From the NCBI GenBank assembly GCA_965248265.1, contig CBDFJF010000002.1, positions 1,216,001 through 1,280,000 of the forward strand: a stretch of DNA of 64,000 bases, read 5' to 3'. The translations under genes and the position numbers were made by a program. The DNA is from Candidatus Latescibacterota bacterium (GTDB taxonomy: Bacteria > Latescibacterota > UBA2968 > UBA8231). Below the pieces are notes generated by a model, which was not told the DNA's origin, did no database searches, and saw only the letters and a list, made by a program, of their open reading frames with translations. Positions within the stretch are counted from its first letter, which is position 1. The number at the start of each line of letters is the position of its first letter. Positions 44,765 through 53,934 of the stretch are shown in pieces.

Positions 44765-46735
44765 TTGCGAGGGGGAACACAGGAGCAGTCGACTTCAGGA
44801 GTGACGCCGCGCTCGTTGGTCATTGGAGCCGGGCTCAGTTTGTTGATCGGCGTGGGCGAGCCGTATGGTGCGCACGTCATCATGGGCAGCCATATGAGCT
44901 CCTTGAATGGTCCCGCCGCGTTCTTCCTGTTCTTCCTGTGGGTGGGCGTTGTCCAGGTCGTGTTGGGGCTCATTCACCGGAGCCTGGTCCTGGGCAAGGG
45001 GGAGCTGCTGACCATCTACATCATGATAGTCGTGGCCACCGCCTTCGCAGGAGGCGAGCGCAACGGCTTCTGCCTGATGCTGTTGTCGTCGGCGGCCGGG
45101 GTATTCTACCTGGCGAAACCGGAAAACGAGTGGGCGGAGCGGATTCATCCCTACGTGGCCGATTGGATGGTCCCTCACGATGAGTTGGGGATCCAATGGT
45201 TTTTTGAAGGGATGCCGGACGGCGAGTCCATTCCCTGGGGCATGTGGCTGCCGCCTCTGATGTGGTGGTTGGCGTTCATGGTGGCGCTGTGGATGGTCAG
45301 CATCTGCACGATGGTCATCCTCCGCCGTCAGTGGGTCGAGCACGAGCACCTCATTTACCCTATCACCAAAGTACCGCTGGCCATGGTAGAGTCGCCGTCC
45401 GACGGTTCGGGGCTTGCGGCGCCGTTTTTCAAGAAGCCCTTGATGTGGGTGGGATTGCTGCTGGCGTTCGGCCGCGAAAGCCTCAATGCCCTCAACCATT
45501 ACTTCCCCTACGTGCCTGTGATTCCGCGGTACCTGGGGCACGTATCGCTGTTGCGAGGATCATTCGGAATCGGTTTCTCGCTGAATCTGATGATCCTGGG
45601 GTTTGCGTATTTTCTCAAACCGGACGTCATGCTCGGGATGTGGGTATTTACCCTGTTGCGCCAACTGGAAGAGGGTGTGCTGACTTTGACGGGGGCTGGC
45701 ATCGGGGAATCGCTGTCTCGGTACGGCGGCGGCGGCGGCGTGAGTGGATTGCTTGCCCACCAGAGCATAGGGGCCATGATCGCATTGGTCCTGTTCGGGC
45801 TCTGGATCGCCCGGGGGCATCTGCGGATGGTGTTTCGCAAGGCCTTCGTGGGGGACGATTCGGTGGACGATTCCGACGAAATCATGTCCTACCGCACGGC
45901 TGTGTGGGGAGTGATCCTCGGATTGGTCGGGATGAGTCTGTGGCTGTGGCGTGCGGGTTTGCCGATGTGGGCAGCGCCGCTGTTTCTGTTCGGCGCGCTG
46001 GTGACCTTCATAAGCCTGACGCGCATCATTGCCGAGGCCGGCTTGCCCATGGTGTTTCCGCGCAACATCCCCCTGGACTTCGTGATCTCGGGGATCGGGG
46101 CAACGTATATCGGGCCCAAAGGGATCGCGGCGCTGGGCCCGACGGTCATCTGGACGGAATCCCTGGCCAGCACGATGATGGCGCATACCGCCACGGGGTT
46201 GAAGCTGAGTGGGGAGATCGCCTATCGCAAGCGCTGGTTGTTATTTGCCATCGCGATCTCGTTGGGGGTCTCTGCAGTCAGTACATTCTGGACGACGTTG
46301 TCGATAACCTATCGCGAGGGGGGCATCAACGTAGCCGGTTACGTGGCCGGGTTGCCGGACTTTACCTGGGAGTACGTGGGGCGACGGGTCGATGAGAATG
46401 CCGGCCCGAACTGGCTGGGATGGTTCATCCGGCTGCTGGGGGGTGGGGTGATGGCGGGTCTGCTGATCCTGCAGCGCCGCTTCCTGTGGTGGCCGCTGCA
46501 TCCCCTGGGATTCGTGGCCGGTATGGACAGGGTGATGGGTTCGGCCTGGTTCCCGGTCTTCCTGGCCTGGTTGATCAAGTCGGTCCTCTTGAAGTATGGT
46601 GGTCTCAAAGCCTACCGCACCCTCATCCCTGTTTTCTATGGTTTGGTCTTGGGTCAGTTCGTGGCCGGGGGATTCTGGCTGATCGTCGACCATTTCACCG
46701 GAATGATGGGTAATCAACTGAGTATGGCCTATTAG
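44765..46735 (+). CDS. Second DUF6785/DUF6784 membrane protein, close paralogue of 35074-37032 with a replaced start
   Basis: Collinear with the first copy from CAGGAG at 44780. The ATGCAT start is absent; an in-frame TTG at 44765 has GGGGAG upstream. Confidence 0.78.
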   Translation: MRGGTQEQSTSGVTPRSLVIGAGLSLLIGVGEPYGAHVIMGSHMSSLNGPAAFFLFFLWVGVVQVVLGLIHRSLVLGKGELLTIYIMIVVATAFAGGERNGFCLMLLSSAAGVFYLAKPENEWAERIHPYVADWMVPHDELGIQWFFEGMPDGESIPWGMWLPPLMWWLAFMVALWMVSICTMVILRRQWVEHEHLIYPITKVPLAMVESPSDGSGLAAPFFKKPLMWVGLLLAFGRESLNALNHYFPYVPVIPRYLGHVSLLRGSFGIGFSLNLMILGFAYFLKPDVMLGMWVFTLLRQLEEGVLTLTGAGIGESLSRYGGGGGVSGLLAHQSIGAMIALVLFGLWIARGHLRMVFRKAFVGDDSVDDSDEIMSYRTAVWGVILGLVGMSLWLWRAGLPMWAAPLFLFGALVTFISLTRIIAEAGLPMVFPRNIPLDFVISGIGATYIGPKGIAALGPTVIWTESLASTMMAHTATGLKLSGEIAYRKRWLLFAIAISLGVSAVSTFWTTLSITYREGGINVAGYVAGLPDFTWEYVGRRVDENAGPNWLGWFIRLLGGGVMAGLLILQRRFLWWPLHPLGFVAGMDRVMGSAWFPVFLAWLIKSVLLKYGGLKAYRTLIPVFYGLVLGQFVAGGFWLIVDHFTGMMGNQLSMAY

Positions 46736-46787
46736 GCCCCACAGCCCAGATCCTATCGATGATCAGCTGCCCTGGATCGGGTCGACT

Positions 46788-47399
46788 TCAGGCGTATTCA
46801 CCAGGCTTGAGATGGTTGACACAATTGACCAGCTCAACACTGTCCAGCACGCCATCCTTGAGATGGGCGACGGAAAGTGAGGTGTTCGTGATCATCAGGG
46901 GCAACCCTCGCTTGGAGGGACGCCCTGCCAGGGTGTAGATGAGCAGGCGGATGAGGTTCCCATGGATTGCGAGGAGAATCTTTTCCCCATGGCCATGGTT
47001 CTTGAGCAGAAGCCGGACGAAGCGCTTGACCGACTTCTCGGACTTCGCCATGCGATCGAGGATCGCCTTCTGTCTTGGCGTTCTTCCGGGAAGAACGTGA
47101 TGCGCTGACACCTCGCGGATATCCGCTGATACGGTGTACGGGGTGCTCTCGTGATACGCGATGATGGCCTGGGCCGTCTGATAGGCCCGCGACATGTCGC
47201 TCGAGTATATGTGATCGAATTCTTCGTGGGCCAGGCGTCGAGCCACTTTGGCCGCTTGCCTCTCGCCTCGAGCAGTCAGCGGCGGGCCGACCTCGCCCGG
47301 CCGTGATTCTCCGCCCGCCTCTCCATGGCGAACGAGGTACAGGGTCAAAGGTTCCAGGGAATCATCCTCTCTGTGCGCTCTCTTTTTTGACATGTCCAT
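46788..47399 (-). CDS. Histidine phosphatase (phosphoglycerate mutase family)
   Basis: LVRHGE, LTARGERQA, SSDMSRAYQTA, IHGNLIR. Confidence 0.9.
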   Translation of the reverse strand: MDMSKKRAHREDDSLEPLTLYLVRHGEAGGESRPGEVGPPLTARGERQAAKVARRLAHEEFDHIYSSDMSRAYQTAQAIIAYHESTPYTVSADIREVSAHHVLPGRTPRQKAILDRMAKSEKSVKRFVRLLLKNHGHGEKILLAIHGNLIRLLIYTLAGRPSKRGLPLMITNTSLSVAHLKDGVLDSVELVNCVNHLKPGEYA

Positions 47400-47429
47400 A
47401 TCTCCTGCTATAGCGGGGTCGCACGTGTC

Positions 47430-48989
47430 CTACATCTGCCCGCCGACGCGCATGGGCGGTTCGGCATACTCGATCAGCAGCTCCACCTGGTGCAGCACCC
47501 GGTCCTCGACGCGTTCGGCCAGCTCGTGTTCCAAGGTGACTCCAACCTCGTTGGTCCCCTGCAGGACCAACTCGATCGGCAGGTCGAACTCAAACCAGTA
47601 GTGCGTGTTGATTCTGACGTCACGGCCCAGGCGCCACGACATGTAATCGACGATACCGCCATAAACGGTTGAGATGTTCCGCGTCTCGGGAGTCAATGGA
47701 GTGTCATTGAACGTGAAGTTCAGCTGGTCGTCCATGCCGGTCTGGACGATCCGCACTTTCAAGGTGGCGCGCTTCAACTCACCATCACTGCGGGCGGCAT
47801 CCAGTTCATCGCCGACGGTGAATGGCACCACTGACGCCACGCCCTGTTCCAGGGTTTTCGGCAGGTGACACTTGACCGGCCAGGGCTCGGTACTGGGATC
47901 ATACCGTGCGGGGAAGTAGTGTTTGTTCTTGCGCTGGTAGATGTCCGCGTCGGCGAGCTCGCGCATGATCAGGTACTCGTCGGGTCCGTGCGGCCACAGC
48001 AGGTGGGAGAGGTAGAGACCGTCGGCACCGGCGGCCATCTGGTTGGTGGCGACGGCGCGGACCATCTCGATCGTCGGTTCGTGGTGCCGGTCGTCGTAGG
48101 GGAGGCGACCCATGTGCGGGTAGATCCAGACGTCATTCTCATTCGCCGCGTCAACGAGCCAGCCGAAGTGGGGCTCCGGATCCAGGTCCATGCTGTCGGT
48201 GTCGACGACGATGGCATTCACGAGCTTTTCCCGCATCCATGAACGCACGTCCATGCCCACGGCGAGGTTGGCGTCCTCGCGCGGGTTCACGCGGGCCGCC
48301 AGCATCAGTCGTTTGCCGCGTTTTTCACCGATGCGGTCCAGGAGCTCACGGACACTTCTGATGAAATCAGTCAGCAGCGGTGTGTGGCGCTCGATCTCTG
48401 TGGGCTTGAAGAACACGCGGACGTATTCGTCGATCTCGATGCCGTCGGCGCCGTAGCGGTCACAGACCTCTTCGATGACATCCAGCCGTTCCTGACGCAC
48501 CTCATCGATGGCAAAGTCGAGGCAGGTGGCGACAGCCGGCCGCTCCGGGTCTTCCTCGCCGATCATGTACTCCGGGTGGTCGAGCTTGAGTCGGTTGCAC
48601 ATGTAGGGTTGTCGATTGGGACCGCTTGCCGTGCCGGGTTCGTTGATGCGCAGACTGGCGATGATCTGAATGTCTTTTTCATGAGCCCGGTCGATGACGA
48701 CCTGCAACGGGTCCATGCCGGCGGCGAGGGCGGCCTCCAGGTTCTTGGCGGCGCGCCACCACATGATGCCGTTGTCGTGGTCGACGACCGAGTCGCCCCA
48801 TTTGTTGCCGACCTTCGAGTCGTGCAGGAAGGTCGCCCCCGATGCCAGTCCGAAAGCCAGCGTGTCTACGCCGGTTCCGAGGATTTCATCCACCGGACTC
48901 TGCAGACGCTTGCGGCTCAGAGGTGGGTCGAACCGGTACATCAGGTAATGGCGGGCGTCGTTGTTGAGAATGAGCCTGGGTTTGCGCAT
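47430..48989 (-). CDS. Glycoside-hydrolase-like (GHL10-type) TIM-barrel hypothetical protein
   Basis: LILNNDA, ASLRIN, LDFAIDEVR, YGADGIEID, GADGLYL, and a C-terminal beta domain. Confidence 0.7.
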   Translation of the reverse strand: MRKPRLILNNDARHYLMYRFDPPLSRKRLQSPVDEILGTGVDTLAFGLASGATFLHDSKVGNKWGDSVVDHDNGIMWWRAAKNLEAALAAGMDPLQVVIDRAHEKDIQIIASLRINEPGTASGPNRQPYMCNRLKLDHPEYMIGEEDPERPAVATCLDFAIDEVRQERLDVIEEVCDRYGADGIEIDEYVRVFFKPTEIERHTPLLTDFIRSVRELLDRIGEKRGKRLMLAARVNPREDANLAVGMDVRSWMREKLVNAIVVDTDSMDLDPEPHFGWLVDAANENDVWIYPHMGRLPYDDRHHEPTIEMVRAVATNQMAAGADGLYLSHLLWPHGPDEYLIMRELADADIYQRKNKHYFPARYDPSTEPWPVKCHLPKTLEQGVASVVPFTVGDELDAARSDGELKRATLKVRIVQTGMDDQLNFTFNDTPLTPETRNISTVYGGIVDYMSWRLGRDVRINTHYWFEFDLPIELVLQGTNEVGVTLEHELAERVEDRVLHQVELLIEYAEPPMRVGGQM

Positions 48990-49211
48990 CGCGGCCTCGC
49001 ATGGTCAGTTGGTGGGCGAGAGTATGGCGAGCGGGCGACTTTATGTTGAAGGTGTGTCGCCGGCACGACTGCGGATTGAACATCCGTGAGGTGGCTGTCA
49101 TCGGGCAAAGATAAGCTGGATATTCGCTGGATCCACTGTTCGGCCTGGATCCGAACGGCGGCATGGCGTACCTGGCTGCTGAAGGGCAACCAAACAACGA
49201 GGAGACATTCG

Positions 49212-50351
49212 ATGAAGATCGTTGACGTAAGGACGATTCCGGTCGCCCGCTACCTTTTCGTTGAGGTCGTCACCGACGAAGGGATTACGGGGGTGGGAGA
49301 ATCGGGGGCATGGGGTTATCTGGAGGCCTCTGAGAAGGCCGTCGAGACCTTCAAGCGCTACCTGATTGGACAGGACCCTCGCCGCATCGAGCACCACTGG
49401 CAGTACCTCTATCGGTGCAGTCATTTTCGAGGCGCGGCCATCATGGGCGCCCTTTCTGCGATTGATATCGCGCTATGGGATATTCTGGGAAAGCATTTGG
49501 GGGTGCCCTGCTACCAGCTTTTGGGCGGGAAATGCCGCGACAAGGCCAGGGTCTATTGCCATGTTTACGGACAGACCACGCAAGAGCTCGTTCAAGGGTG
49601 CATCGACGCCAAAGCGAATGGATTCACGGCCGTCGGACATCTCACACCTTTTTTGGACGAAGCCCGCGACATCCCGTTTTTCAAGACCCATGCGGACAAG
49701 ATGCACGACGCCGTCGACAGCGTGCGTCAGTACCGTGAAGCCGTCGGTAACGAAGTCGATCTGTGCATCGAAATCCACAGGCGGCTGACACCGTCAGAGG
49801 CGGTCGTGCTGGCCAGAGGCATCGAGCCGTACCGTCCGTTATTCTACGAAGACCCGACGCAGCCCGATAACCTCGACGCCATGGCGCAGATTGCCGAGAA
49901 GATCCACATCCCGATCGCGACGGGGGAACGCATCCACACGATCTACGAGTTCGAGATGCTGCTGCGCAGATCGGCCGTGCAGTTTGTCAGACCGGACGTG
50001 TGCATGTGCGGGGGACTGACTCACGCGAAAAAGATCGCTGCCCTGGCGGAAGCGCATTACGTTCAGGTGGTGCCCCACAATCCACTCAGCCCGGTCAGCA
50101 CAGCGGCGTGTGTGCAATTGGCGGCATGTATCCCGAACTTCGCGATTCAGGAATATCCCACAGGCGAGGGGGTCCCGCCGAAGAGCGAGATCGTTCAGGC
50201 GTCACTCAAGTGTGAAGACGGGTTCCTGATCGTCCCGGACGCACCGGGGATAGGGATTGAATTGGCCCCGGATGCGCAACAGCGACATCCCTTCCAACCG
50301 CGGGGCGTGGAAACGCGGCTGCACGTCGATGGATCGGTCATCGATGAGTGA
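49212..50351 (+). CDS. Galactonate dehydratase (DgoD)-like enolase-superfamily enzyme
   Basis: GVGES, SAIDIALWDILGK, IEIH, FYEDP, ATGER, PHNPLSP. GAGGAG RBS. Confidence 0.9.
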   Translation: MKIVDVRTIPVARYLFVEVVTDEGITGVGESGAWGYLEASEKAVETFKRYLIGQDPRRIEHHWQYLYRCSHFRGAAIMGALSAIDIALWDILGKHLGVPCYQLLGGKCRDKARVYCHVYGQTTQELVQGCIDAKANGFTAVGHLTPFLDEARDIPFFKTHADKMHDAVDSVRQYREAVGNEVDLCIEIHRRLTPSEAVVLARGIEPYRPLFYEDPTQPDNLDAMAQIAEKIHIPIATGERIHTIYEFEMLLRRSAVQFVRPDVCMCGGLTHAKKIAALAEAHYVQVVPHNPLSPVSTAACVQLAACIPNFAIQEYPTGEGVPPKSEIVQASLKCEDGFLIVPDAPGIGIELAPDAQQRHPFQPRGVETRLHVDGSVIDE

Positions 50352-51597
50352 TACGCCACCCATTCGACTCGCCCTCATCGGCTGCGGCGGCATGGGGCTG
50401 AGGCATCTCCACGGCTTGATTGAACTCAAGCGCTGTGGTTTCGATACCGTCGATCTGGTGGCCGTCTGCGATCTCAACGCAGAGCACGCGGCCCACGTCG
50501 CCACCGTTGCTCATAACGAATTGGGCACGGCGCCGAAGGTATATGCCGATCTGTCGCAGCTGTTGAAATCAGAAAAAAACATTGACGCCATAAACCTCGT
50601 CACCGACCCGGTTTCCCATCACACCCTGGCGTGCATGGCATTCGACGCGGGCGTTCACGTCATGGTTGAAAAACCGATGGGGGTTACCGTGCGGGCGTGT
50701 CACGCGATGATCGATAGCGCAAAACAGAACGGCTGCAAGCTGGCGGTCGCTGAGAATTACCGCCGCGACCCGATGAATCGCTTGCTGAAGGCGGTCCTCG
50801 ACGCCAAGATCATCGGTCAACCCTACCTGGTTTTCCACAACCACATCACCGGTGGCGGCTCTATAATGAGCGGTACCCTCTGGCGACATCAGAAACGACG
50901 CGGCGGGTATCTGATTGAGATGGGTGTCCACTACGGCGATATGCTGACCTACCTCCTTGGCGATATCCGCGAAGTCTATGCGGCGACGGCCCTTTTTGAG
51001 CCACACCGGGAAACGAAATCGACATCCCCGTTCTATCAGCATCGCCTCAAGAACGAGCCGACATCGATGCAAGCCGACGCCGAAGAAACGGCCGCAGCGA
51101 CGCTGGTTTTCGCCAACGGGTCATACGGGCAGTTCACGCTCAGTCACGCGGGACACGGGCACGGCATCTTTACCCGCAAGATCTACGGGGCCAAGGGAAG
51201 CATCGAGGCCCCCGGCGATCGCTCCGGGAGGCCAATTCGCTTGAAGTTGGATGAAGGCGATGAGTTGGTCGGCGACTCCGTTCTGGACCTTGTTCCCGAC
51301 TTCCGACTGGACCCCATCAATCGCGGACTCTTCGGTTTCGAGCGCGCGGGGAGTTACGACATACCGTATGATACCCTCGACCAAAAACTCCTCGCCCATG
51401 AGTTGCAGGACTTCGCCGAAGCCATTCGCGACGATCGGCAACCCGAAGTCGATGGTCAGTGCGGGTTGAACGCCACCGCGTTCGGGTACGCGCTCTGTGA
51501 GTCAGGGCATCTCGGGGCGGCGGTCACCCTCAGCGCTGTGGCGGCCGACGAGGTCAACGCCTATCAAGCTGAGATCAATGAGCACGCCGGATTATGA
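50344..51597 (+). CDS. Gfo/Idh/MocA oxidoreductase
   Basis: IGCGGMG, EKPM, AENYR, EMGVHYGD. Confidence 0.92.
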   Translation: MSDTPPIRLALIGCGGMGLRHLHGLIELKRCGFDTVDLVAVCDLNAEHAAHVATVAHNELGTAPKVYADLSQLLKSEKNIDAINLVTDPVSHHTLACMAFDAGVHVMVEKPMGVTVRACHAMIDSAKQNGCKLAVAENYRRDPMNRLLKAVLDAKIIGQPYLVFHNHITGGGSIMSGTLWRHQKRRGGYLIEMGVHYGDMLTYLLGDIREVYAATALFEPHRETKSTSPFYQHRLKNEPTSMQADAEETAAATLVFANGSYGQFTLSHAGHGHGIFTRKIYGAKGSIEAPGDRSGRPIRLKLDEGDELVGDSVLDLVPDFRLDPINRGLFGFERAGSYDIPYDTLDQKLLAHELQDFAEAIRDDRQPEVDGQCGLNATAFGYALCESGHLGAAVTLSAVAADEVNAYQAEINEHAGL

Positions 51598-51649
51598 GGG
51601 CAGCCTGGTACCGCAGCGAGCCCCTCAACCTCGGCGCAAGTGCCGTTCG

Positions 51650-52636
51650 TCACGCCAGGGCTTTCAGATCGCTGGCTGAATACAGATGGGCTACGTACTC
51701 GCCGTACCCGTTGTAGAGCAGGGTGGGCCTGAAAGACGCGGAACTGAGGGAATCCTGGATGAAACTTTCCTCTGCCTGCGACCACCGGGGGTGAGGCGCA
51801 TCCGGATTCACGATGGCATTGAAACCGTATTCGGTCCGGTTCGACAGGGGCCAGAAGGTAAGCGGTTTTTCTTCCGTGAACTCCATTCTGACGATCGATT
51901 TGATGCCCTTGAAACCGTACTTCCAGGGCACGACCAGCCGGATGGGAACGCCGTGCTGTTTTGGCAGTTCATGCCCATAGATGCCGGTGGCCAGGAGTGT
52001 GAGCTCGTTCGCGGCCTCCTCGATGGTGAGTCCCTCCGTGTAAGGCCAGGGCTCATCGGGCCGGTTCCACTGGCTCCTTGCCTGGTCGGGTCGCAGAAAG
52101 GACGTCATCTTCACGTAACGGGCTGAGGCGAGCGGTTGGACCGCATCCATCAAGGCCTTCATCGGAAAACCCGTCCACGGAATTGCCATCGACCACGCCT
52201 CGACGCACCGGTGCCTGTAGAGACGCTCTTCGAGGGGCATCGCACGGATCAGCTCATCGATATCGTAGGTGCGGGCGTTTTGGACCAGGCCCGTCACTTC
52301 CATGGTCCAGGGGCGGGACTCGAAATCGTCGATCACCCTCCAGACATTCTTGCTCGTCGTGAATTCCCAGAAGTTGTTGTACTTGCCCGCCACGGTCTCG
52401 TCCGTGAGCGGTCGGTCGAGCTCGGCGAACGCGGTGTTGAGTGTTGCCGGATACAGGTCGCTCAGATCGACGTCGGCCGGACCGGTCACCGACTCGTCGC
52501 TGCCACATCCCGCGATGGCTCCGAATCCGGCCAGTCCCATCGATGTCATGAACTTGCGACGATTCAGAAAAACCTCCTCCTCCGTCGCCTCGCGTTCGGG
52601 GATCTCCCAACCTCTCTTGATCATCTGGTCAATCAC
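51650..52636 (-). CDS. msrP: Protein-methionine-sulfoxide reductase catalytic subunit MsrP
   Basis: Tat motif LNRRKF, YNNFWEF, HRCVEAWSM, PYTEGL, VPWKYGFKGIKSIV, VNPDAPHPRWSQ. Confidence 0.92.
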   Translation of the reverse strand: MIDQMIKRGWEIPEREATEEEVFLNRRKFMTSMGLAGFGAIAGCGSDESVTGPADVDLSDLYPATLNTAFAELDRPLTDETVAGKYNNFWEFTTSKNVWRVIDDFESRPWTMEVTGLVQNARTYDIDELIRAMPLEERLYRHRCVEAWSMAIPWTGFPMKALMDAVQPLASARYVKMTSFLRPDQARSQWNRPDEPWPYTEGLTIEEAANELTLLATGIYGHELPKQHGVPIRLVVPWKYGFKGIKSIVRMEFTEEKPLTFWPLSNRTEYGFNAIVNPDAPHPRWSQAEESFIQDSLSSASFRPTLLYNGYGEYVAHLYSASDLKALA

Positions 52637-52674
52637 TCCATCATGTGTTGATGTCGCACCGTTGGGTCAACTCA

Positions 52675-53700
52675 TCACTCCCCGCCCCGCTGAGCGCTTG
52701 TGTCATACCTACTCACACCACCCCGTGGCTCGTCACCGATTGTCCCGAACCACATGGCCCTATCCGACGACTGATACACCGAAAACACAATATTACTCAC
52801 CAGGCCGTCGCTCGTCGTGAAGGTCTGCCAGTTCACACCGTCATACCGACTCACCCCATTGAGTGTCCCGAACCACATGGCCCCATCCGAGGACTGATAG
52901 ACCGATTTCACACGATCGTCCGCCAGGCCGTCGCTGGTCGTGAAGGTCTGCCAGTTCAGTCCATGGTACCGGCTTACACCAGCACAGCATGTCCCGAACC
53001 ACATGGCCCCATCCGAGGACTGATACACCGATTTCACATGGTTGTGCGCCAGGCCGTCGCTCGTCTTGAAGGTCTGCCAGTTCACGCCGTCATACCGACT
53101 CACACGAAAAAGTGTCCCGAACCACATGGCCCCATCCGACGATTGAAACACCGACTCCACAAGGCGGCCCGCCAGGCCGTCGCTCGTTCCGAAGGTCTGC
53201 CAGTTCACACCGTCATACCGACTCACGCTGGCCGATGTTCCGAACCACATGGCCCCATCGGCGGACTGATACATCGAAAACACAGTATCGCTCACCAGGC
53301 CGTCGCTGGTCGTGAAGGTCTGCCAGTTCACGCCGTCATCGCGACTCACACCATTCCCTGTCCCGAACCACATGGCCTCATCAGAGGACTGATACACCGA
53401 AAACACAGTATTGCCCGCCAGGCCGTCGCTGGTCGTGAAGGTCTGCCAGTTCACGCCGTCATACCGACTCACACCATTAAGTGTCCCGAACCACATGGCC
53501 CCGTCAGACGACTGGTACACCGAAAACACATTGTTGTGCGCCAGGCCGTCTTGAGCAGTGAACGCCTGCCAGACCAAAGGCGTCAGCTCCGGATCGAGCG
53601 GGTTGTCTCGCTTGGCATCCTGGCCACAAGCTCCGAGCATCAAGAGTCCAACGAGGCACCAGGCGGGCTTCTTGCAACTAAGGGCGTTATCGTATGTCAT
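52675..53700 (-). CDS. Lipoprotein with seven two-component-regulator-type propeller repeats
   Basis: Lipobox LGAC, RDNPLDP, and seven WQxFxxxDGLxxxxVxSxxQSxDxAMWFGT repeats. Start is 53700 or upstream. Confidence 0.85.
   Translation of the reverse strand: MTYDNALSCKKPAWCLVGLLMLGACGQDAKRDNPLDPELTPLVWQAFTAQDGLAHNNVFSVYQSSDGAMWFGTLNGVSRYDGVNWQTFTTSDGLAGNTVFSVYQSSDEAMWFGTGNGVSRDDGVNWQTFTTSDGLVSDTVFSMYQSADGAMWFGTSASVSRYDGVNWQTFGTSDGLAGRLVESVFQSSDGAMWFGTLFRVSRYDGVNWQTFKTSDGLAHNHVKSVYQSSDGAMWFGTCCAGVSRYHGLNWQTFTTSDGLADDRVKSVYQSSDGAMWFGTLNGVSRYDGVNWQTFTTSDGLVSNIVFSVYQSSDRAMWFGTIGDEPRGGVSRYDTSAQRGGE
52700..53571 (-). repeat. Seven ~123-bp (41-codon) coding tandem repeats
   Basis: CCGAACCACATGGCC recurs on the + strand with ~123-bp period, as does GAAGGTCTGCCAGTTCA. 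Confidence 0.92.
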
Positions 53701-53754
53701 CCGAGGGCTTACTGTATATGAGGTACGCTGATGCATCGAAGCAAAGACCCCTAC

Positions 53755-53796
53755 GTGCACAATGGATATAAAACCGATAGTCACTAGTCAGTCAAG
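53755..53796 (-). mobile_element. 42-bp remnant of an IS91-like terminal sequence with TTGACT, upstream of the propeller gene
   Basis: CTTGACTGACTAGTGACTATCGGTTTTATATCCATTGTGCAC aligns without gaps, 28/42 identical by my count, to the last 42 nt of the element at 57569-57610. Confidence 0.6.
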
Positions 53797-53824
53797 TGGA
53801 TTTCGGGCCTTCAACCTCGATCCA

Positions 53825-53863
53825 GCGGGAAGTTACGACATGCCGTATGATACCCTCGACCAA
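53825..53863 (+). repeat. 39-bp near-copy (37/39) of 51346-51384 inside the Gfo/Idh/MocA gene
   Basis: GCGGGAAGTTACGACATGCCGTATGATACCCTCGACCAA versus GCGGGGAGTTACGACATACCGTATGATACCCTCGACCAA. Confidence 0.9.
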
Positions 53864-53934
53864 GATCTCCATCGCGCAGAAACGGCTCCGCTTCGCCTAC
53901 CTGCGGGCGATGGGACTGAAACAGGAGACCATGC

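Noticed and set aside
35463-46395. Two similar 383-aa alternative-frame ORFs (35463-36614 and 45244-46395)
   Set aside because: Out-of-frame by-products of the duplicated DUF6785 genes, Arg/Gly-rich with no motifs.
52700-53571. Possible CRISPR array
   Set aside because: The ~123-bp period is a multiple of three, the whole unit is homologous with no unique spacers, and no cas genes are present.
52645-53721. 358-aa repetitive ORF on the + strand
   Set aside because: Antisense shadow of the propeller repeat gene, which has the lipobox and recognisable motifs.
51346-53863. Possible diversity-generating retroelement TR/VR pair
   Set aside because: Only 39 bp, the two differences run in opposite directions (A/G and G/A), and there is no reverse transcriptase in the window.
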